64,000 bases of DNA from Paragordius varius. Taxonomy: Eukaryota > Animalia > Nematomorpha. The first letter of the stretch is position 1, and the number at the start of each line of letters is the position of its first letter. The notes under the pieces are model-generated. The model had not been told where the DNA came from, searched no databases, and saw only the letters and a list, made by a program, of their open reading frames with translations. Shown piece by piece: positions 26,101 through 36,900 of the stretch. Made by a program: the position numbers and the translations under genes. Location of the stretch: the NCBI GenBank assembly GCA_964247055.1, contig OZ176052.1:9672001-9736000 (forward strand), in the 5' to 3' direction.

Positions 26101-28780
26101 GACAACATTTTTTCATCCAAACGCAACATTTTTTCAACCAAAAACAACATTTTTTCAAGCAAAAACAACATTGTTTAAAAATAAAAAACCAATTTTTTTA
26201 TTTTAAGAAATATTAAATTTAAAGTTAATGTAAATTAATTTTAACGTAGAAATTTGATATTTATTGTCTTATCATCAATATTTGATGGTAAATTGATTGA
26301 TCTTCAAACATTTAAATTTAGCCCAATTGCATTATTTATAAATATTTTTTTACAACAATAGTTTCACCTAAAAAATCTACACAATTTGCGCTTTAAGAGT
26401 CTTAAGTTATCCTTCACTTAAAATTTCTTACTTTTTTTGCAGTTTCCATACGACCGTTATTTTTGTGTGTAATTATCTATTTTTTAAAATTTTAATATCT
26501 CTATTTATTAGTATTTTTTGAATCAAAATTAATATTTTCATAGTAAAACAACTTTATTTGTTTCGAGGTAATTTTCTTCAATTTATCAATATTATAAATT
26601 TATTATTATTTTAAACTAAATATTACGATCAATAACCCACAAAACGTAGATATTTTTTAATATAGTTAATTTATAAAAAATAATAATACGGTTCTTATGA
26701 AAAAAATGTATTCACTTAAAGGTTTAAGTTATACCATTTTTCATGCAAAAACATCATTTTTTCAACCAAATGCAACATTTTTTCAACCAAACTCAACATT
26801 TTTTCAAGCAAACGCAACATTTTTTCAAGCAAAGACAACATTTTTTCGAGCAAACGCAACATTTTTTCAAGCAAAGACAACAATTTTTCATCCAAACGCA
26901 ACATTTTTTCAAGCAAACGCAACATTTTTTCAAGCAAATACAACATTTTTTCATCCAAACACAACATTTTTTCAACCAACGACAACATTTTTTCAAGCAA
27001 AAACAACAATTTTTTTAAAATAAAAAACCATTTTTTTATTTTTAGACATATTAAATTTAAAGTTAATGTAAATTAATTTTAGCGTAGAATTATGATTATT
27101 ATTGTTTTATCATCAATATTTGATGGTATGATTGATTTTCAAACATTTTAATTCCCATAAATTGCATTATTTATTTAAAAATATTTTTTTTATCAATCAA
27201 TACAATTTGCGCTTTAAGATTCTCTTTAAAAATTTAAAGATATCCTTCGCCTAAAATTCCTTACATTTTTTGCACTTTCCATAAACCGTTATTTTTGTGG
27301 GTAATTATCTATTTTTTAAATTTATACTAATATCTCTATTTATTTTTTGAATCTAAACTAATATTTTCATCAAATATTACCATCAATAACCCACACGTAG
27401 ATATTTTTTAATATAAATTAGAAAATAATAAGGATATACGGCTCTTATGAAAGAAATGTATTCACTTAAAGGTATAGGTTAAATAAAAAAATAGGTTTAA
27501 ATGATTGAACAATGAATATTTTATTGCTACATTAATAAACGTTAGAATTAAGATTAAAATATTGAAGGACCAACTTATGGTGTAGGGCTAACTTTAAATA
27601 AAGAACAATCTTGAAGCGCAGTATAGATTGATTAGGTAAAACTTAAGTTGTAAAAGAAAAAAATAATTAATATAAATAAATAATGCAATTTATGGGCTAA
27701 ATTAAAATGTTTGAAAATCAATCATACCATCAAATATTGATGATAAAACAATAATAATCATAATTCTACGCTAAAATTAATTTTTATTAACTTTAAATTT
27801 AATATGTCTAAAAATAAAAAAATCGTTTTTTATTTTAAAAAAATTGTTGTTTTTGCTTGAAAAAATGTTGTCGTTGGTTGAAAAAATGTTGCGTTTGGAT
27901 GAAAAAATGTTGCATTTGGTTGAAAAAATGATGTTTTTGCATGAAAAATGGTATATTAGGTTTTAGGTGTAATGACTCAAAATGATTGTTGTTAAAATGT
28001 ATATATTTTGATTAACATCTAATACTTGTTCTATATGACTAATAATCTTAAAATTAATAATTAATTATAATTAAATAGTTATATAAGAATTTTAACCTTA
28101 ATATAAAATGGATTTAATTGAAGGTTATAGCTGATTAATAAAATTTTTTTGATCCTACTTTTTTTGAAAAGTTACAAAGTCACGGGATTTTTGACCTTAT
28201 CTCCAAATCGTAAAAAATAGAAATATTTTTAATATAAAGGAAAAGATTGATAATTAGTGGATTTGTTTATTATAAAATAAAATTCTATAACAATGTAGTA
28301 TCAATAAAATATTTTTAATCCTTTAAATAGGTTTTTGGTACTATTTTAACATGCAATTCGAAAATTATCATGGAATATTATTCATAATTGGTCAAAATAT
28401 TTATTTTGTTTCGATTTCGGAAATAGCGATTCTGTCTAAATAAAAAATGTTTTTCGTACTTCAAAATAGATTGATTTTAAACATTTAGCCCCTTAAAAAT
28501 TATTAATTATATTGTGGCTGGATTTTGGATTTTTTGGTTAAAATATCAAAATGTTATATTAGCATGTTTTACACTAGAATTACCCTCTAAAATGCACCCA
28601 TCGAATCCTGAGACTTTTAATGATTCAAAAATGATGTTAAAATTCAATCCATAAAACTCATTAGGCAGATTCTTTCATATATTCGATAATATTTAACCAA
28701 AAATATTAATTTAGTAAACCTAAACCTGGCTTATTCACTTCCTTCTTCGAATCGTTTTTCTTTCTGCAACGCAATTTCAT
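23150..28780 (-). CDS. Orphan multi-exon hypothetical protein (3' end uncertain, may extend to about 22135)
   Basis: Phase-consistent exons read by hand: 28780-28726 (MKLRCRKKNDSKKEVNKP), 25739-25671 (DVKKLWCCIFPFF), ~25604-25458, ~25383-25290, ~24950-24793, ~23742-23607, ~23252-23160. The region 23750-24070 could not be resolved unambiguously. No family recognised. Confidence 0.5.
24150..24650 (+). mobile_element. Possible heavily decayed CR1/L2-type LINE 3' fragment
   Basis: Stop-ridden translation with weak echoes of CR1 ORF2 motifs (EKEYSCLL, EYYNLWSPRYL, QRKIQK, SYL). Weak. Confidence 0.3.
25892..26726 (+). mobile_element. TATACCATTT-ended element, family 3 copy 1, with a 21-bp minisatellite
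   Basis: Starts tataccatttttcatgcaaaaacatc and contains about 12 copies of caacattttttcaagcaaacg. Ends cacttaaaggttta. A direct tandem copy follows. Confidence 0.75.
26730..27476 (+). mobile_element. TATACCATTT-ended element, family 3 copy 2
   Basis: Same start, minisatellite and body as copy 1. Ends cacttaaaggtata. Confidence 0.75.
27675..27955 (-). mobile_element. Inverted, truncated family 3 copy
   Basis: Reverse complement of the left part of 26730-27170 with about 4 minisatellite units. Ends gcatgaaaaatggtata. Confidence 0.8.
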
Positions 28781-29055
28781 AAAAATATTTTTCATTTGTT
28801 TTTTAAGAATGTGTTATAAGATTTTTAATAAAAGTAGTTTTATGAATTGATTGTTGTGTTTTTAACCATAATAGTTATTAGTTAGTTGGGACTAATATTA
28901 GAATACCATAGATAAAATAATTTATAATAAAATGTCATATTGCAGATAACCAAATATATGGGCTTTTTATCAACTTTCGAAAATACTATTTAAATTTTAT
29001 AACATTTTGTAAATATATGATATACACACTATGTGCAAAAGAGAAGGTTAATTTT

Positions 29056-30213
29056 TAACAAAAAATTTTAATGAGATAGCTTATGACCAGCGAAATCATT
29101 TGCTGTAAAAATTTTAATTTGTTGACAAACTAGTTTTTGAAATGTTGAGAGAAAATCGAAATCGGGCAAAAAGTGAAAATTAGGGATAACCAAGGATAAT
29201 TCTAAAAATCATGATAAAATTTCATATATTATGATTTAATATCATTTTAGGAGATATTTTCAATACATAAATAGCCCGAAATCATATATTTGGGGTTTAT
29301 GAAATCTCAGAAATGGCGTTTTTCTTTTAACACACTTAAAAGACAATTTTAATTATTTAGTAGCTAAATTCACTATTAAAATCCTAACATTTATATTTTA
29401 TTCAGTAATAAAACTTATATATCAAAATAAAACCAAAAAATATTGTTTTTTATTTTTTCATTTTTTTGTCATTTAGTTTATGAGTATATAAAAAATTTAT
29501 ACTGGTTTATTTTGGAATCTTACATGACCGGGAGTTATAAAGTATATTATTTATGCAAAAAAGGATTTAAAAGTAGTGGAATATCAACCAACAATCCTTA
29601 CAAATCCATGTAACAAGTCTGTTTTAAGACAAATTTATATTTTTATTGGGATTTTTACGGATTGTTAATTATTCCACAACTTTTAAGTCTTAATTTGCAT
29701 AATCTAATAATTTATAGTTCTCACTCATGTAAGAATTCAAAGTAAAACAGTAACAATTTTTATACATTCATAAACCAGATAAAAAATTAAAAACAATATT
29801 TTTGGTTTTATTTAGATATATAAGTTTTTTTTAACTGAATAAATTATAAATTTTAAGTTAATAGTGAGCTTAGCTAGTAAATTAAAAATAAATTTTAATA
29901 TAGTTGCATAGAAAATTTATTGTCTATTAAGTGTGTTAAAAGAAAAACGCCATTTGTGCTGAGATTTTATAGAAACCCAAACTATATGATTTTAGTCTCT
30001 TTGTGGATAGAAAATATCTCCTAAAATGATAATCCAACCATAATATTCTAACTTTTATCATTATTTGAATTATCCTTGATAATCCTAATTTTCACTTTTG
30101 CCCATTTTCGATTTTCTTCTAATATTCCAAAAACTTGGTCGTCAACAAATTAAAATTATGGCAAATGAATTCGCAGGTCATAAGCTATTTCATGAAAAAA
30201 AATTATTTTGTTA
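29056..30213. repeat. Imperfect palindrome of about 1.16 kb (foldback-like)
   Basis: Nested complementary blocks read inward from both ends: gcttatgacc/ggtcataagc, gggcaaaaagtgaaaattagg/cctaattttcacttttgccc, ggcgtttttcttttaacacactt/aagtgtgttaaaagaaaaacgcc, aatcttacatga/tcatgtaagaat, aacaatcc/ggattgtt. Centre near 29625. Confidence 0.9.
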
Positions 30214-31574
30214 TATGCCAGTGATATATTTGTCGCTATGCCCTGTCACGCATGCCTTTAATTGAGTCAAAAAATGATATAAAATGGAAAAAATTGATAT
30301 TAATTTAAGCTTTATCCAAAATAATTGTATTTTTAATCATTATATATGGATAGTTATTCTTGCATATAATTTGTTAAAAATAAAATGCCGAGTCTTTTTT
30401 TGCTTATCTATTCAGGTTTATTTTTAAAACTGTTTCCAGATATGGTTCTGAGAGTTTTTTCAATCGACAAATATGGTTTTATCTACATTTTTTTTAAGGC
30501 TAAATTATATTTTAATTTGGTTCGAAATACATACTATTTGGCCAAGTGATTTATATAAAATCCAATAAATAATCACAAAAATGATCATGTAACCTGAAAC
30601 AATTAATCGTGTGCTAGTTCTTTCCAAAAAATATTTACTTCCATATTATCTAAGAAATGAAATTGAGATGGAACAAAAAGCCAGTCTGAAATCGTTGTAT
30701 CTATTTTTTCCTATGGATATTTTTAGAATATGTCGCGAAAAATTTTAAAATTTACTATTTAACCGGCAGGGGGGATGAGGGTGAGAAAAAAGTGATTTCC
30801 AGCGGTCAAAGAATAAATTTCATATTTTGAAATATTTTGCAAAGTGATTTTAAATTGATACAATATTTTTTATATTTGCATCTACTTAGCTTTACTAAAT
30901 TATTTTTACGTTATATCATGGTGGTAGGAATCAAATGGACATACTATATTATAGTGACCAGATAGGCTGTTTTTTGCAGTACTGTACTGGGTTTTCTAAA
31001 AAAAAACTGCGCCTGTACTGCGCCCACTTTTGTACTGCTTTTTGAAATATAAAAATTAATTTTTACATAAACATTATTTACCTTTTATTTATTCAAAAAA
31101 AATATTTTAGAATTTAATATAGTACCCTCTGTAAAAATAACCTCATAAATGCATTTTGAGGTACAAAACTAATCTGCTCGAAATATACATAAAACATAGG
31201 ATTACGACCTTTCGCGCATTGGCGAAACTATAAATCTCGGAGTCTACACCGTAAGATTCAGACTAATGGTTCTTTCACTTAGGGCTTCGTTTAGAATTAA
31301 AAATCTAATTTATGATATTTTTATAAATGTTTGAAAGTTAGAAAGTTTATTTTTGTTACAATTATTGAACGGAAAATTATATAGAAAAATTTAAAATTTA
31401 TTATATATGGCAGATGATTTCGAAATAACCTTTCGTAAAAAATAGATTTTTACGATATCCATACTCATTAGGTTGTAGGTATGATATTTCTTAATTTTTT
31501 TCCTAAACACTAATTTTTATTTTTTTATACAGTTTAGAGTCTCTTTTTTCCTTTTCAATTAAAGAGCAAGGACT

Positions 31575-31722
31575 TAAATTGTATCCGGACTTGTGAAGGC
31601 TTTATCACTCGCCTGCCCAGGGCTGAGAGTGATGATGGAAAAATTGCGTAGTTTCGAAGTTCAAACTGTCATGCAGTGCAAGAGTCCGGCGCCCTACCTA
31701 CTATATCATCACGCCTCTGAAC
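31575..31722. ncRNA. Candidate structured RNA or tRNA-derived SINE head
   Basis: GC-rich island with three hand-found stems. On the minus strand it has weak A-box-like (tgatatagtaggt) and B-box-like (acttcgaaact) motifs. Identity unknown. Confidence 0.35.
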
Positions 31723-32099
31723 ATTAATTTTTATTAGTTATCTTATTGTTTGCATAAATAAAACTGAGATATTTTGTTAAGCGTACTTCAAACTGTTTTG
31801 AAGCATGATGGAAACTGTATAACGCTTTGAGATATAATAAAATTATTTTTCCAAATAATTCGATGATGTTGAACATTCATAGTTTAATGTTTGCTTGCAA
31901 ATTTTGGTGCATTTTTGTGAAAAAAACATTTTTTATTTAACATAATTTTGAAAACGAACAAATATTTCAATCAAAATCCGTGTGAGAAATTAGCATTATC
32001 GAATTATATATATAAAATGTTATAACATCTCAACCAAAATAGTATGAAAGGGAATTTTACGTTTATTTTAAGAGAACGGTTCATTTTAAAAGAGCCAAA

Positions 32100-32395
32100 A
32101 AAATTGGGACTTTTAGAGCCACATCTAAAAATTTAAAAAATCATTGTTTTGCTTTTTATATGGAGTTTATGTTATATTTTAGTGATATTTTTTGAAATTA
32201 TACATTTAGCATTCACCAAAAAATATATTTGAAAAATTGCGCCCCTTTTGCAATTTTATACGGAGCACTCTGTAAATTTTTTTAGTAATCGTAAAGGTTC
32301 AAACCAAAAGCACCATGATAATCCTGATATTTTCCTATCAGAATATAGATATATATATATATATATATATTTCATCAGGATATTTTTAACTGTGG
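32100..32395. repeat. Dispersed repeat family with an internal (TA)n tract
   Basis: Shared blocks (ccacatctaaaaat, catttagctttcaccaaaaa, aaaccaaaagcac, atcaggatattttt) recur near 6130-6340, 21800-22020, 43655-43975 and 44360-44500. Confidence 0.7.
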
Positions 32396-33049
32396 AATAT
32401 TCCAATGGTTTAAAACCATGGCAAAGTATGTTTTAATATCTGTACTGCGTTCAAGTTAAAAATATCTGGTCACATTATACTATATTATACACCCATTTTT
32501 GTTTACAAAATAGCTTTGATTTCAATTATTGTTTAGAATTTGTTGTTCATCCTCAATCCATAGTAAATATCCTAAATAAGATTGGGTTTCAGCGGTTCGA
32601 AAATAATTATGTTTATAAATAATTATAAATTGATTGAAAATGGAAATATATTTAATAAATAAAACCGAACAATATTAATTAATCACACTTTCTGATACGT
32701 TACATAAATAAGTTTGAATAAGCTTTAATTTTTTACAATTTAATATATATTATATAAATAATTTACACATAAGGCAATCATAAGCATCCACGAATGCCTT
32801 CATGGGTTAAATTAACCCTTGCTATAATTCAAAGCGGACCCAATAGCCAATTCAAACGGTGCCTGGTCGGAACGGACTTTAAACTCGACGCGGTTATTAT
32901 AAGAAATTATCTTTGAATATCCTTTTTTTCAACATAATTAATTTAAATATATAACAAACCTTGCCAAAATCATAAATAACGAAAATTAAATACCTAAAGG
33001 TTTTTTTCCTGTAAACAATGCAGCAACACAAAAATGACACAGTGAAAAA

Positions 33050-33215
33050 CTTTAAGAACACACTAAAATATCCACATTAAGTAAAGAAACAGATTCTCAA
33101 CTCTAGAGATAAAAAACAAACCTGTGGAAACAAAACAACTCAAATGCGAACGACGCACACCTGGAACGACAACATGAAGCAAGACTTGAAGACACTAAAT
33201 TTGGACATTCATAAA
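33050..33215 (+). mobile_element. Decayed RTE-like LINE C-terminal fragment
   Basis: Translation TWNDNMKQDLKTLNL resembles the GRP..TW.D.IK.DL tail of RTE ORFs. Confidence 0.4.
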
Positions 33216-33948
33216 AATGTTTAAAGCTAAAAAATTTAATTAATTGAGAAAATCCCTTTCGACCAACTATCGAACAATGGAAATATTATCTTTCCCCATA
33301 AACCTCATATTTTGAGTAATATTCTAGAATACTTTTTGGTGCTAAGTGATATAACCATCTTTCCCTAAACTTTTAAATAATTTAAAATATTTAAATATAA
33401 GTGCACATATAGGGAAATGGGACACATAAAAGTTTATGATGTTTGTTGCTTCAACAAACACCACAAACTTTGAAAACATTTATTTGTATTTTTGATTATC
33501 GGGTTATTTTTTATCTCTCCGTTTTTTTCATATCCCATAACTTTCGCCTATAACAAAAATATAGTATATCAATCAATCATTAATGAAGAATATAATGAAT
33601 AAAATTTGCAAAGGTAGTAAGTATTACATCTACAAAAAAATATTGATTTTTAAAGAATGTGAATAGTGGTGGCAACATGTGTTGTATGACTATTAAAAAA
33701 GGTATATTGTTAAATACAGGATATTTGTAAAAAATTTACAATGATAATATCATTTTCAAGATTATGTAATATGGTATTTTATAAAATTAATGACCACATG
33801 TTTAAAAAATATATTCCCCATAAAATGAACTAACTAATGTATCTAACGGTGTGTGTATGCGTTTGTACAAATACAAATATTTTTTTAGAAATACTAAAAA
33901 ATTTGTTGTTATATTACAAATATATCAAACCAAAAAAATATATATATA

Positions 33949-36900
33949 TTAAATTGTTGATTCAAGAGTCAGCTCAGGGTTATCATTAACTAATTTTGGT
34001 ATATTATGCTTCGAAATCGACCATTGAGCTTCAATCATATATTCTTGTTCATTGATGTTAATAATTGCAGATGGGTTGGAATGAAGAGCAAACATTAACT
34101 AAAATGCAAATAATCATATGTATTAGTTATTATTGTTTATGCTTCCACAAGACTACATCTTAATATTGAAAAAATAACTTCCTAACCTTAAAGTTAAGGC
34201 TCTTTTTTGAAAAGACAAATAATATATTGTATTTTATCCAATAAAATATCTTATACTGATTTATAAATAATGACATTATAATTAACTCGTTACAAAAAAT
34301 TTATTAAGTGTCTTGTTAATAACCAGTAAAAATAGCGGTTCGTTTCATTCTAGCAATAACGATAAATGTTTTTGTAATTTTATTGTTTTCGATAAGATAA
34401 AAATAAATTGGTAAATTTTAATGACTTATAATCATAAAATTAGGTATGTAAGGTAATACTTTTTCTGCATCTTTCCGCGTTTCAAAATCAAGTAGGAAAG
34501 TTGTCGATTTTTCGGACGTTGCCTCTTTTTTATCCTCAATAATTCCTTGGTTTTCCCCTGTTTCGTTCAAAGGTGAGATATTTACTAAATGCAAACTATC
34601 GTGGTGCGGGACAAATAACCTTAATTGACTTTCTATTTCAGGTAGTAGCGATTGATTTAAATCTAATACATTTTGTGGCTCCATTCCTTCAAGAAGTTTT
34701 GGCTTTAGAGTAAGTACTATAGTTTTGGGCCTATGGTCAATATTTATGCGAGTTGAAACATTATTTAAATTGCGAATTTCAAGGGCACCACCCTTCATTG
34801 AAGCAGTAGAAACAAAGGGGGATTTTTTATACATTCTGTTATAGGGATTTAATTTGGTGTGTAATAGCGAAGTATTTCTTTTCTTTAATTGCATGATGCG
34901 TTGCTTTATTTTTTCGATTTCTTCTGCAAATATGAAAATAATGTTTAAATTAGTTGTATATTTTTTCAATAAATAAAACTTTTCAAAAAAATAATATGAT
35001 GAAAAAAGAAAAATCATATATAATACTGATTTTGATATTTTACTTACCCATATTTAAATGTTTAAGGTTTTTATTTTGTAACAATTCCGATTTTTGATGA
35101 ATTTGTTGGATTAAACTATCGATTTCGTTTAAGTGAGATCCGTTAGATTTTGTATAGGGATATGACTTAGTTATTTTATCTAATTCATCGTCCAACATTT
35201 GTTTTTTTGACTGTATGATATAAAAATTAATAATAATATATAAACATTAAATATTTATAATTGCTTTCATTTCATGGTAAATGGATAAACGAAAAAGTCC
35301 TCTTTACAGAATATTTTTGTAATTGTATTTATCGGTTAGCAAAATCTTTGATATGTTTAGTAAAAAAATTAGAATTTAGTTCTTAAAAACGATGAATTGA
35401 ACAAAAAATAATGATTTATAAGTTAGATATCGATAAAAAATGTCAAACTATATCAAACAAATTATATTCATATATTAATAATACACCTTTAAAAAATAGC
35501 CATCATGTTTGCATAAAACAATAAAAGCGTAATAATTCAGATTTTTTATAGATAATCATTCTTTATTTTATGGATATATTAAAATGTTTAATAGAAATGT
35601 ATAAAATCCTTAAAGGTTGAATTTACAAACATTATTTCATTACTTAATAAATTAAAAATTATAAATTACTAACCAATTTTTCAAGATCGCGTCTTTTAGC
35701 TGCCATAGCATTAATGGCTAGCTTTAATTTAGTATCCTTTTCCAATGTTGCACTTGGTATGATGGGTGTAACATTTGTAGATTCATTATTTTTTACATAA
35801 CTGTTTTCCGTAAGGTTATTTTCCGTAATAACTTCACCACCACTAGTTTTTGAATCACCTGTTTCGAACGAATCTCGTTTTTTATTTTTTGGGCCGACAT
35901 TTTGATCCCCAAACTCCTCCAAATTATCCATTTCGGCTTTAAGGCGATCAACACTTTGCTTAAGTTCATTCATAGTTGATATGGCCGTAGCACGTAAAGA
36001 ACCCGAAAACAGCTCAGGTTTTTTAGCCATTTTTTCTATCAAACTTTTTTGATTTTCTATGCGTTTTATTAGTAATTCGTACCTATATATACACATGGCA
36101 ATAATTAATTTAGATATTTAAAAATAACCAAATTTAACCATTTACTTCCTATATATCTAAAATAAACTATACCTAGTTTTGTTTAGGTCAACCCGCTTAT
36201 CTAGTTTAAGTTGGTCCGTTGATGGTAAAGGTGTAGATTCTGCGACATTTGCACGCTCTTTCTATATATTACAAAAATATCAAATGTGTTATACATATTA
36301 GATTTAACCACAAAGTTCATTAAATATGTCAGTTTAATAAATTTGCAAAATATTAATAGTTAAGGATTCTCATACATATACATATGCGGATACATTATTC
36401 CACAATCTCTCATTCAAAAGTGTTTTACTCTTTTAATTTTTGATATGTTATTGATAAAAAAAATCAACGTTTTTATATATTTTAATAACTAACTTCTAGC
36501 CCATTCTTCAACAAGTTTTGTTGGACCCCCCGCAATTCGACTTCAAAATGTTCATTTTCTCCTTTAACTTCTAGGTCTTCGGTCAAAACATCATCATCAG
36601 CTGATTGAGCATTAGTGTTTGAGTGTTGTCCTTTGTACCAAAAAACACGGACAAACCTATTATTGAAAATGGGATCCTGGCATTTGTAAGCCTTGTAAGC
36701 TTCGGCATTTGTACTAAATGTGACAAGAGCTGCCCTTGGATCATTATTATGATTGACCTAAAATAATTTTAAGGACAAATAAAGTGTTGTATAACATTTA
36801 ATTTTTGAATGTAATTTCATTAAAATTGAAATATTAATGGAATATGTGGGAGGAAAGATCAGAACCACGGATTCAGATCTTCCCATGAAAACATTCAGAA

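Noticed and set aside
25900-26170. CRISPR-like regular repeats
   Set aside because: The units are contiguous with no unique spacers, and the context is eukaryotic with no cas genes.
25836-27023. ORFs with heptad repeats (MLRLLEK, QHFFKQT, KKCCVCL) that look like coiled-coil or Cys-rich proteins
   Set aside because: Five of six frames are open simply because the 21-bp minisatellite is 7 codons long with no stops. No splice or expression evidence.
31620-31645. Hammerhead-like gtgatga...gaaa
   Set aside because: The core reads GTGATGA rather than CTGANGA and there is no stem II before GAAA.
32770-32900. SRP-RNA-like ggtcggaacgga and small hairpins
   Set aside because: The conserved CAGG/AGCAG SRP54-binding loop is absent and there is no Alu domain. 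A PIF1 helicase reading on the minus strand was also unconvincing.
36845-36890. Intronic hairpin followed by ACA (H/ACA snoRNA candidate)
   Set aside because: Only one clear hairpin, with no convincing second hairpin or pseudouridylation pocket.
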